From Candidatus Woesearchaeota archaeon (GTDB taxonomy: Archaea > Nanobdellota > Nanobdellia > SCGC-AAA011-G17 > JACPIM01), in NCBI GenBank assembly GCA_964513145.1, contig CAZELK010000001.1:96001-160000 (forward strand): a stretch of 64,000 bases of DNA, in the 5' to 3' direction. The notes beneath the pieces are model-generated. The model was not told the origin of the DNA. It ran no database searches and worked only from the letters and a program-made list of their open reading frames with translations. The position numbers were made by a program, and so were the translations under genes. How positions within the stretch are numbered: the stretch's first letter is position 1; the number at the start of each line of letters is the position of its first letter. Of the stretch, positions 28,808 to 37,655 are shown one piece after another.

Positions 28808-30982
28808 ATGAAGATATTGACAATTCATGCTGATTATCTTAAGTTTAAGCCTTTAAAACAGGCAATAAAGGAAGCTGAAGAAGCCAGCAAAAAAGAGACA
28901 GATGTCAAGGAATGCCTAGTAGTATTTACAGCAGTGGAACAAGGAGATGAAAAAGACCCAAAAATTTTAGTTGATAATTTATTTAAAGAAGTAGACAATA
29001 TTGCAAAACAAGTTAAAACAAAAAGTATTGTACTTTATCCTTATGCACATTTAAGCTCTAAATTAGCATCGCCGAAATTTGCATTGCAAGTTTTAAAAGA
29101 TGCAGAAGAAAAATTAAAAAAATCTTTTAAAGTCACAAGAGCTCCTTTTGGGCATTACAAATCTTTTGAGATTTCATGCAAAGGCCACCCATTGTCGGAA
29201 TTATCAAGGGAAATACTGGCTGATTCCAACGGGACTGAAAAAATTGACAAGCCTTTAGAGATCAATATAAAAGAATTAAACAAACTAGACAAATTAAGAA
29301 ATACTTTTAATATTTTATTGGCGAAGTCAATTTTATCTTTATTTCCAAATACAAAACCAGCTTTATCTTTTTTAGACGAAGACAAGTTTTATTATGATTT
29401 TGAAAAGCAACACCCGTTTACACCTGATGATTTAAAAAAAATAGAAAACAAAATGCAGGAATTATTGAATAGGGGAATAAAATTAAAGAAGATCACTAAA
29501 AATCCGGAACTTTTGTTTAAAGAAAATAAATACAAATTAGAAATCCTGAAAGATGTTAAAAAAATTAAATTTTATGAACTAGACAATTTTAATGATGTAA
29601 TTATAGGTGGTGCTTTGGAAGAGATTCCGAAAAACTCATCTTTTAAATTATTAAATTCGTCAGGAGTCTATTGGAAAGGTTCTTCTTTAAACAAGCAACT
29701 ACAAAGGGTTTATGGAATAGCTTTTGAAAATAAACAAGACTTAGAAAAATATCTTAAAAATTTAGAAGAACTACAAAAAAGAGACCATAGAAAACTGGGC
29801 GAGCAATTAGGATTATATTTTTTCCATGAATATTCGCCTGGTGCACCAATATTTTTACCAAAAGGAGCTTTAATTTATAATGAATTAATTAATTTATTAA
29901 GGGAGGAATATAAAAAGAGAGGATATCAGGAAGTTATAACTCCGTTACTGTATGAAAAGAGTTTATGGGAAACTTCGGGTCATTGGGAACATTATAAGGA
30001 AAATATGTTTTTAATGGAAAGCGAAAAGAGAATATTTAGTCTTAAACCAATGAATTGCCCATCTCATTGCTTAATTTTCAAGCATAACTTAATCAGCTAT
30101 AAAGACCTCCCTTTAAGAATTGCTGATTTTGCGCCTTTGCATAGAAATGAATTATCAGGAACTTTGAGCGGATTAACAAGGGTAAGAAAATTTTCCCAGG
30201 ACGACGCCCACATATTTGTCTCAGAAAATTTATTAGAAAAAGAAATTGAAAATGTCCTTGATTTTGAAAAATTTGTTTATAATAAAATTTTTAATTTAGA
30301 TTATTATATGAGACTGGGGACAAGACCTGATAATTTTATGGGTGATAAGCACTTATGGGACAAAGCAGAAAAATTTCTGGAGAAAATATTGAAGAATAAA
30401 AAAATAAATTACAAGATTGTTGAAAAAGAGGGGGCATTTTATGGACCAAAAATAGACATGCTTGTAAAGGATGTCCTTGGAAGGGAATGGCAATTAGCTA
30501 CAATACAATTGGATTTTCAGATTCCCTTAAGATTTGGTTTAACATACGAAGGAAGTGACGGCAATAAACATCATCCAATAATGATTCATAGGGCTGTTTT
30601 TGGATCTATGGAAAGATTTTTTGCTTTAATGGTAGAAAATTTTGCAGGAAAATTTCCTTTATGGTTATCCCCGGTTCAAGCATCAATAATAACAGTTACT
30701 GACAGAAATGTTGAATTTGCAAAACAAATTGAAGAGAAATTGAAAGAATTTAATATAAGGGCAGAGTTAAATGATGCACAAGAAACTTTAGGAAAAAAAG
30801 TTTTGGAAGCTACAAAGCAAAAAATTCCTTATGTTATTACCATAGGAGACAAGGAAGTTGAAAGCAAGACTTTAGCAGTAAGAAACAGGGATGGCAAAGT
30901 TAAATTTAATGTAAGAGTTGATGAATTTTTAAAATTGTTAAATGAAGAAATAAAAACAAGAAGCTTAAGTTCTAAATTATAA
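28808..30982 (+). CDS. thrS: Threonine--tRNA ligase, hybrid architecture
   Basis: Archaeal editing domain (LYPYAHLS, GHPLSELSR) + degenerate bacterial N2 + bacterial core (RDHRKLG, PMNCP, QDDAH, GAFYGPK, IHRA). Confidence 0.96.
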   Translation: MKILTIHADYLKFKPLKQAIKEAEEASKKETDVKECLVVFTAVEQGDEKDPKILVDNLFKEVDNIAKQVKTKSIVLYPYAHLSSKLASPKFALQVLKDAEEKLKKSFKVTRAPFGHYKSFEISCKGHPLSELSREILADSNGTEKIDKPLEINIKELNKLDKLRNTFNILLAKSILSLFPNTKPALSFLDEDKFYYDFEKQHPFTPDDLKKIENKMQELLNRGIKLKKITKNPELLFKENKYKLEILKDVKKIKFYELDNFNDVIIGGALEEIPKNSSFKLLNSSGVYWKGSSLNKQLQRVYGIAFENKQDLEKYLKNLEELQKRDHRKLGEQLGLYFFHEYSPGAPIFLPKGALIYNELINLLREEYKKRGYQEVITPLLYEKSLWETSGHWEHYKENMFLMESEKRIFSLKPMNCPSHCLIFKHNLISYKDLPLRIADFAPLHRNELSGTLSGLTRVRKFSQDDAHIFVSENLLEKEIENVLDFEKFVYNKIFNLDYYMRLGTRPDNFMGDKHLWDKAEKFLEKILKNKKINYKIVEKEGAFYGPKIDMLVKDVLGREWQLATIQLDFQIPLRFGLTYEGSDGNKHHPIMIHRAVFGSMERFFALMVENFAGKFPLWLSPVQASIITVTDRNVEFAKQIEEKLKEFNIRAELNDAQETLGKKVLEATKQKIPYVITIGDKEVESKTLAVRNRDGKVKFNVRVDEFLKLLNEEIKTRSLSSKL

Positions 30983-30983
30983 A

Positions 30984-31415
30984 ATGTTAATTGTAAGTTT
31001 TGATGAACTGACTAAAGCTGATTTGACTAATTATGCCTTTTCAATAGGCGATGAACAAATTCTAAGATTTTGTATTGATATTAAACACAAACTTCTTTGT
31101 TTTGGTTCTGAAAAAGAAGACCATATTAAACAAGGGGAAACTCTTCTAAATCAAGAACAGAATACAGAATGTTTAGATGAAAAAGAGATTGCTAAATTGT
31201 TGCTCGATCATATTGTTGGGGGAAGTATTTTTCTTGAAAACTCAAATCCTAAAAATGCCTTTATTTTATTAGGCGGTTCTTCAGTTGAGCAGGGCTTAAA
31301 TCTTATACTAAAACAGTCTCATAGTAAACACTCATTTGTTACAGCTCAAAATTATGCAGATAGGGTTTTCAAAAAATTCCATTCTTTTTTAAGAATTAAA
31401 GTTAATTTTAAATAA
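30984..31415 (+). CDS. Hypothetical protein
   Basis: ORF coupled to thrS stop. Confidence 0.55.
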   Translation: MLIVSFDELTKADLTNYAFSIGDEQILRFCIDIKHKLLCFGSEKEDHIKQGETLLNQEQNTECLDEKEIAKLLLDHIVGGSIFLENSNPKNAFILLGGSSVEQGLNLILKQSHSKHSFVTAQNYADRVFKKFHSFLRIKVNFK

Positions 31416-31475
31416 AAAGAAAGCTTTTTAAATTACTATTTAGTAGTAATTATATAATAATTAGAACTTATAAAC

Positions 31476-32213
31476 ATGAAACTCTTATTAAATTTAATGG
31501 ATGAAAAAGGAGAGAATATTGCTGATCGTTTGCATACACAAGCTAGGCTTTCTTTAGTATCATATTTAAACCCTGAAAAAAGAGAAAAAGCTCTAATAAG
31601 TATATATGGTTCAGATTTTAGAAAAGCAGAAACCTTTCCAATAAAAAATGTTTCTCTAATTTTAAGGAATTATAACCTTAAAAAAGCTGACAGCCCTTTA
31701 GTAATTGAAGAATATAGACGTCTTGAACGCGTTTTAGATTATCAAAGGAGAGTTTTTTGTCTTGATCTTGATGGGTTGATAATAGAAGAAGGTAAAACTA
31801 TCAAAGGAATTGAACAAGCAATTTTAGAAATAAGAAAAAAACACGGTGTTGTTATTTCTACGGCAGCTCCTGAAAAAGAAGCAATCGAAATGTTATCAAG
31901 AACAAATATTAATGCCCTTATTTTTGGTGATTTAGTTTCTCCTAAAGGTAAAAATTACAAATCTATAGATGAATTTTTTGGTTATGCTCATCCCCAAGAA
32001 CATTTAGTTGCTATAGGTCATTCTTTTGAAGATATGCCGGCAGATATTAAAATACCATTTATTTATTTGGGTGTGAAAAAAAACAAATTAGCCCAAGCAT
32101 TACTTGCCGGAGTTGAATTTATAGAAGGTAAAGAACCGACTAAATTTAGAATTACAAAAAAAGGGATAGATTTGGGTAGTAAAAAATTTGAAGATTTCTT
32201 TATAGTATATTAG
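31476..32213 (+). CDS. Hypothetical protein with HAD-like domain
   Basis: FCLDLDG motif I; VISTA motif II; IGHSFED motif IV-like. Confidence 0.55.
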   Translation: MKLLLNLMDEKGENIADRLHTQARLSLVSYLNPEKREKALISIYGSDFRKAETFPIKNVSLILRNYNLKKADSPLVIEEYRRLERVLDYQRRVFCLDLDGLIIEEGKTIKGIEQAILEIRKKHGVVISTAAPEKEAIEMLSRTNINALIFGDLVSPKGKNYKSIDEFFGYAHPQEHLVAIGHSFEDMPADIKIPFIYLGVKKNKLAQALLAGVEFIEGKEPTKFRITKKGIDLGSKKFEDFFIVY

Positions 32214-32253
32214 CCGATAGGTTCTTAAATTAAATTAATAATTTATCTAGATT

Positions 32254-32745
32254 ATGATAAAAGAAGACTTTCAAAAAATAAGATTATCTGAAAAATTTAA
32301 AGCAATAATCGGGAGATCAATTTTAGTAAGCTGTTTTTTAAATGATGATTTAAGCAAGAAATTGTGGGAATATAATTTTCTTTCAGAAGACAATAAAACT
32401 ACTTATACTTTTATAGTTGATGGCGAGGTTATTTTAAAAGACTCTGGAACTTTGCTAAGCAACAAAAATTCTCATGAAGAACTGCAGTTATTAAATTTAA
32501 AGTTAGAAGAAAAAGAAATAATTGCCATAACTCATTATGAACTGATGAGGACTTACAAGGAAGACAGACTCTCGAAATTAATAATCTCAATTGAATCTTC
32601 TAATAAAAACATAAACTGGAATATTACAACAGTTTTAAAGAATCTTAAAATTATCAACATAAAAATTAATGACAAAACTTCGCAAATGATTGAATCCAGG
32701 GAAGTAATTCCATTTAGCCCTTTAAACCAAAATGCTTATAAATAA
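32254..32745 (+). CDS. Hypothetical protein
   Basis: 163-aa ORF. Confidence 0.55.
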   Translation: MIKEDFQKIRLSEKFKAIIGRSILVSCFLNDDLSKKLWEYNFLSEDNKTTYTFIVDGEVILKDSGTLLSNKNSHEELQLLNLKLEEKEIIAITHYELMRTYKEDRLSKLIISIESSNKNINWNITTVLKNLKIINIKINDKTSQMIESREVIPFSPLNQNAYK

Positions 32746-32769
32746 AAACCAGCATTTTCTTTATATAAA

Positions 32770-33171
32770 ATGACGCAATTAGACGAGCCACCTGAGAGTG
32801 GTTTTCACCGGTGTACTTCTGATAAAGTAATAGATATTAAATTAGAAGAAAAAATTAACAATATTACTCAGACTTTTAATGGAGAATCTGAAAATAAAAA
32901 AATTGGAGTTTCTATATCATTTAATAAAACATTAAAATTGTCGAGACAAGAAAAAGCAGAGATTCTGGAAATTATTAAAGGAAATTTTCCAAAAACTACA
33001 GATTACTTAGGGAGAAATCACATTGATTATTTTCAGTTAGGATCTTGCGGAAGTTTAGTGACTGAAGCAACAATAAAACAGATTAATGATCTGAATAAAA
33101 TAGATGAAATAAAAAAAATAGAATTTGCTTCCAATGACTTAAGCGTTTATCGTGCGACTTTTAAATACTAA
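32770..33171 (+). CDS. Hypothetical protein
   Basis: 133-aa ORF. Confidence 0.55.
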   Translation: MTQLDEPPESGFHRCTSDKVIDIKLEEKINNITQTFNGESENKKIGVSISFNKTLKLSRQEKAEILEIIKGNFPKTTDYLGRNHIDYFQLGSCGSLVTEATIKQINDLNKIDEIKKIEFASNDLSVYRATFKY

Positions 33172-33886
33172 ATATTTCCAAGGCTTCTTCTTCTGAGAAA
33201 TGCAATTTTCCGGGAATTATAAAACATTGTGGATAATTTTTAAAATTATATTTTATCAGGTCCTTGATTTTTCCATATTTTATTTCCTTATTTTCAGAAC
33301 CTAAAGAACAACAAGCAATACAGAAAGTTTTTTTATTAAGATTGTTGCTTGCTAAATAAGACAGTCCATCTTTTATGTTCATATATTTATTATCTTTTAT
33401 ATCCAACAAAAATAATGTATGCATACCAAAATTTAAATTATTTTTAAAAACCTCCAAAGGACTTTTTATATTTTTATTGTCAAAAGGTATTGTTGTTGTT
33501 TTGCCGAAATTATACAAACTTAAGCCTGTTTCCCCAACAGCAGTCAAAATTGATGACCCATGTATAATATTAATTTCTATATTTTCTTTTTTAGCTTCTG
33601 TTAATAGCGAGATATGGGTTGTGGCGCTAAAGCAATCACCAGGAATTAAAATACCTATATCAACTTTTTTTGCCTGCCTAATTATCTTTAGACTCTCATT
33701 TTCCAAATCTTCTCTTTTTAATTCTATAATTTTCTTTTCAAAAAACTTCTCCAGTTCTTTTAAATTACTGCCAAAATAATTTGTATATTTTTCGAGGAAT
33801 AATAAATGGCATTTTTTTGCAGTTTCAAAACCTTTTATACTAATGTCTTTTTTATCAAATAAACCCAGAGAAATTATATGCAACAT
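33161..33886 (-). CDS. dph5: Diphthine synthase
   Basis: GLFDKKDISIKG, FLEKYT, PGD..SATTH, TGLSLYNFGKTTTIP, HTLFLLDI, IIPGKLHF.E. Confidence 0.93.
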   Translation of the reverse strand: MLHIISLGLFDKKDISIKGFETAKKCHLLFLEKYTNYFGSNLKELEKFFEKKIIELKREDLENESLKIIRQAKKVDIGILIPGDCFSATTHISLLTEAKKENIEINIIHGSSILTAVGETGLSLYNFGKTTTIPFDNKNIKSPLEVFKNNLNFGMHTLFLLDIKDNKYMNIKDGLSYLASNNLNKKTFCIACCSLGSENKEIKYGKIKDLIKYNFKNYPQCFIIPGKLHFSEEEALEIFSI

Positions 33887-33887
33887 T

Positions 33888-34391
33888 TTATGTTAAAGAG
33901 AATTTATTTCCAATTAAATAATTACTTAAACCACCAGCAGCAAAACCGATTAGTAAGTCAATCATTAAAACTTTTTGAAAAATAAACATGCTAAATGGCA
34001 AGAAGAACATTATGAACAATATTAACATTCTGGAAAAATTTAGCTTTGTTATCCTTAACAGACTTCCGTAAATAATTGAATACATAAATACAAGAAAAGA
34101 AGCAACTAAAAGTATATCTTTCTGCAAGAACAAACTAACACCCAGTTCCAAGCCAAAAAATAGAAATTCTGACAATATATATGCACTTAAGAATCCGAAT
34201 AAAACACCTATGAAGAGCAGCGAATAATTCTTAGCAAAGACTATTATTGCAAACACAAGAATTCCAATTATAATTTTACTTAAAATTAGCAGATAATTTC
34301 TGTTGCCCCTTATTTCTTCTCTTGTAAATTTAGCTATTAATATGCCTACAAATATTCCAAAAAAAGCCAGTATAGGGACTATTATCTCCAT
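33888..34391 (-). CDS. Membrane protein
   Basis: Multiple TM segments. Confidence 0.65.
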   Translation of the reverse strand: MEIIVPILAFFGIFVGILIAKFTREEIRGNRNYLLILSKIIIGILVFAIIVFAKNYSLLFIGVLFGFLSAYILSEFLFFGLELGVSLFLQKDILLVASFLVFMYSIIYGSLLRITKLNFSRMLILFIMFFLPFSMFIFQKVLMIDLLIGFAAGGLSNYLIGNKFSLT

Positions 34392-34447
34392 GAAAGTTTA
34401 GGTTTTAGTTATCTTTAAATATATTGCTATTTCTAGTTAATCTTAAA

Positions 34448-34813
34448 ATGAACACAATAAAAGAAAGACCTGGCTGGATTAAGGAAAAGAATCTGGCTCC
34501 TGATTTTGAAATCTTTGAAGTTGATAAGTGGGATGATTACAAAGATTTTAGAACTGATGACGGGTGCTATGTTTTAATTAAAATTTACAGAGACAGAAAT
34601 GAAATTGGAGTAGCTGTCTGCAATTATAAACATCAAATTCTTAAGGAATTTCGCGGAAGAAGGGCACAAGACATTTACTTTTGTATATTCAAGTATTCTG
34701 AAGATAATAAACTAAATTGGTTCAAAAGACTTGATCATGCAGCTTATTTAGGAAAAGAGTTAAAGAAAGCTGAAATCTGCCTGGCTTTGGGCTGTGATTA
34801 TTATCAAGAATAA
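34448..34813 (+). CDS. DUF4346-like protein
   Basis: HAAYLGKELKKAEICL...YYQE motif. Confidence 0.7.
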   Translation: MNTIKERPGWIKEKNLAPDFEIFEVDKWDDYKDFRTDDGCYVLIKIYRDRNEIGVAVCNYKHQILKEFRGRRAQDIYFCIFKYSEDNKLNWFKRLDHAAYLGKELKKAEICLALGCDYYQE

Positions 34814-34825
34814 AAAAAATAAATT

Positions 34826-35203
34826 TTATTTCATCATTTCATCTAAAGCCCATTTCTTTGAACCGAAGGTCATCATTACTAAAAATGCTGCAAAGTATAA
34901 TAATGCCAGTTCCCCCTTATTTTCCAAAGGGCTTAAACCATTTGGAAAATGAACCATAAAATAAGCTACAAGCATTTCAACTGCAGAAATTAATGCAACA
35001 TACCTTGTCAACAAACCAATTACCAAAAATGCTCCGCCAACTAATTCTATTATTCCTGCAAGACCCATTAAACTGAACAGGGATGTTGTTCCATTAAATA
35101 TTCCAGGCATTTTCTGCACACCATGCAGCAAAAAAAGCAATCCAACAATAACCCTAAACACAAAATAGAAATAATCTCCCTTATCTTCTAAAAAACCCTT
35201 CAT
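34826..35203 (-). CDS. DoxX family membrane protein
   Basis: FRVIVGLLFLLHGVQK, ELVGG, GLLTR, AYFMVH, GELALLY. Confidence 0.9.
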   Translation of the reverse strand: MKGFLEDKGDYFYFVFRVIVGLLFLLHGVQKMPGIFNGTTSLFSLMGLAGIIELVGGAFLVIGLLTRYVALISAVEMLVAYFMVHFPNGLSPLENKGELALLYFAAFLVMMTFGSKKWALDEMMK

Positions 35204-35339
35204 AATATTTTCCCCCTTATTTGATAAATAATAATCAATCTTAACTTATTTAAATATTGCGAAAATTTAGGCTCTATATAAAATTATCTTTGCTTTGGTT
35301 TTAATGCCAGCAAAATTTTAATTTCAATGCGATATTATG

Positions 35340-36584
35340 TTACTTCTTCAATGTTTTTAAAATAAATACCTTATCATTCTTTCTTACTTTTTCTTTAATT
35401 GGGATTGTAATCAAGCTCCCCTTTTCAGCAAAAGAACTATTTTTGTCATTGACCCTAATGTTATCAACTTTAGTTTTTACAATACCTGTAGTTGGACCAG
35501 TAATTAAAATTTCATCATTAACTTTTAAAGAATCAGCCTGCAGTATTATTTCAGTAATTTCTGGTTTCAGGAAATAATTTTTTACAATACCTATGAATGA
35601 TTTTTCTTTAGTGGCTTTATTCCCCCTTGAATTACTCCATTCTCCTAATTTATTTCCCAAATAATAACCCCCATGCCAAAATCCCCTATTAAACACTGAC
35701 TCAAGTTCTTTAGCCCATTTTTCTATATTTTCTTTTGTGTATCTTTTATTGTAAATGCTTTCAACAGCTTCTTTGTAAACTTTTGTTGTGGTAAAAACAT
35801 ATTCTGGACCCCTGCCGCGACCCTCTATTTTTAAAATACTAATTCCAGATTTAATTATTTTATTTAGAAAACTTATTGTACAAAGATCTTTGGGAGACAT
35901 TACATATTTATTATTCAAATTAAGTTCATAACCAGTTTCTTCATCAATAACCCTGTAACTTCTTCTGCAATTTTGGAAACAAGCACCTCTATTTGCGGAA
36001 GAATTATATTCTGTTAAACTCATATAACATTTTCCTGCTATAGCCACGCATAATGCACCATGAGCAAATATTTCTATTTTTACTAATTCTTTATCTGGAC
36101 CACAAATATTTTGTTTTTTAATTTCTTCACAAATACTTTTAATTTGTTTTATTGTTAATTCTCTAGCCAAGACAATTGTATCTGCATATTTAGAATAAAA
36201 TTTTACAGCTTCGATGTTTGACACATTTAGCTGGGTAGAACAATGAACTCTCAACCCAATTGAATTTGCATAATTTATTACTGAAATATCACTCGCTATA
36301 ACAGCATCAATATTTTCTTCTTTTGCGCGATTGCATATTTTTTTCATTAAATTTAAGTCTTCATCATACATTATGATGTTTAAAGTTAAATAACACTTCA
36401 CTTTGTTTTCTTTGCATATTGAAACTATTTTTTTCAAGTCTTTTAACATAAAATTGTTTGCAGACCTAGCCCTCATATTTAATTTTTCAATTCCAAAATA
36501 AACAGAATCAGCTTTAGCTTTGATTGCAGCAATTAGGGATTCAAAAGAGCCTACAGGAGCCATAACTTCAATTTTATTTTGCAT
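35340..36584 (-). CDS. Peptidase U32 family protein (TrhP/RlhA-like hydroxylase candidate)
   Basis: APVGS, STQ, VLAREL, HGALC.A..GKC..S...NRGAC.QNCR, LKIEGR. Confidence 0.9.
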   Translation of the reverse strand: MQNKIEVMAPVGSFESLIAAIKAKADSVYFGIEKLNMRARSANNFMLKDLKKIVSICKENKVKCYLTLNIIMYDEDLNLMKKICNRAKEENIDAVIASDISVINYANSIGLRVHCSTQLNVSNIEAVKFYSKYADTIVLARELTIKQIKSICEEIKKQNICGPDKELVKIEIFAHGALCVAIAGKCYMSLTEYNSSANRGACFQNCRRSYRVIDEETGYELNLNNKYVMSPKDLCTISFLNKIIKSGISILKIEGRGRGPEYVFTTTKVYKEAVESIYNKRYTKENIEKWAKELESVFNRGFWHGGYYLGNKLGEWSNSRGNKATKEKSFIGIVKNYFLKPEITEIILQADSLKVNDEILITGPTTGIVKTKVDNIRVNDKNSSFAEKGSLITIPIKEKVRKNDKVFILKTLKK

Positions 36585-36663
36585 ATATTTTTACTTTAAA
36601 TGATTAATTTAAAATTTTTGTTTATTTAAATTATACACCAAATATTTTTTTATATGAAAAATA

Positions 36664-36826
36664 CGCCGGGGCTGGGACTTTCATTCATCATAAAGCAACG
36701 TGAGCTACTTCATGAAAGCGCTTTTGAACCCAGATATCCTTTCGGAAACAGGATCTTTACAACCTTTAGCAATCCAACACGCAATTTAAAATTTCTCTGC
36801 GCATTACCAGGTTGTGCCACCCCAGC
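36664..36826 (-). tRNA. tRNA-Ser(GCT) with three introns (29/30, 37/38, 59/60)
   Basis: Spliced: GCTGGGG..CAGGA-TTGCTAA-TCCTG..long variable arm..CTGGG-TTCAAAT-CCCAG-CCCCGGC-G; introns about 36775-36796, 36755-36766, 36678-36722. Confidence 0.88.
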
Positions 36827-36902
36827 GTAAATTTTAATCTAATTATTTAACTTTTAAAAGTTTCTTTTCTTTTTTACAGCAAGTTTTATATACAAAAAAA
36901 TA

Positions 36903-37412
36903 ATGTTTCTAGTTATGGCTCAGAGAGATGTAGTAGCCTCAGGAATAAAAATAAAACAAAGAAGTGTTTTTAATCTTGATGAATTGTACAAGATAATGTG
37001 GAGATGGTTTGAGCTCTATGGGTATAGCATGCAGGAGCTTGAGTACAGAGATTCTTTAGAGGGGGGTTCTAAACACTTAGAAATAAAATGGATATCGAGA
37101 AAACAAATAGATGAATATATAGAATTTCATATTGTGACTAATTTTTTAATATTGGGTTTAGAGAAAGCTGAAATTGAACAAGATGGAGTAAAGTCGAAAC
37201 TTGATAAAGGAGAAGTAGAAATGAATTTTACAGCCTTTATAAACAAAGACCCTGAAGACAAATGGGATAATGGCTGGAACAGAGTTATAAGGGGTTTTTA
37301 TGATAAATATGTAATAAGAAGCAGAATTGAAAGTCTTGAAGGTGAATTATATGAAGAACTTTACAAACTTTTGGATGAAATTAAGGCTTTTTTAAATCTT
37401 CATAGATTTTAA
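36903..37412 (+). CDS. Hypothetical protein, paralog of 14366..14881
   Basis: VFNLDELY...WFELYGY...E; IDEYI; GEVEM; YDKY. Confidence 0.7.
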   Translation: MFLVMAQRDVVASGIKIKQRSVFNLDELYKIMWRWFELYGYSMQELEYRDSLEGGSKHLEIKWISRKQIDEYIEFHIVTNFLILGLEKAEIEQDGVKSKLDKGEVEMNFTAFINKDPEDKWDNGWNRVIRGFYDKYVIRSRIESLEGELYEELYKLLDEIKAFLNLHRF

Positions 37413-37453
37413 AAATCATAAGGTTTTTATATTCTACATACTACATAAATTTA

Positions 37454-37527
37454 GCCCGCCATGAGAATACTCAATGGAGCTAACGATATTATATCAAGCG
37501 ATGAGCTTGGGAGTTAGTGTTGCGGGC
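37454..37527 (+). ncRNA. Candidate structured RNA B or dnaG leader
   Basis: GCCCGC/GCGGGC closing stem, three inner stems, TTTTTATAT at 37424-37432. Confidence 0.45.
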
Positions 37528-37655
37528 AATATTATTAAAATTATCAAGGTAATAACGGAACAAGATTCCAATAATAATCATTACTCGCTAATAAAAAAGT
37601 AAGTAAATTGGGCTTAGATAGCTCTTGTTCTAAAATAGGTACCTAGGAGTTAAAA

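Noticed and set aside
36755-36766. TT-GTA-AA inside the Ser gene read as a tRNA-Tyr anticodon
   Set aside because: It is the 37/38 intron: GTAA forms the BHB helix with TTGC, and G73 plus the long variable arm indicate Ser.
37454-37527. tRNA/pseudo-tRNA or twister ribozyme (CACT..TCCCAAGC on the minus strand)
   Set aside because: No TTCRA loop or D-loop GG, and the twister P2 and pseudoknot partners are absent.
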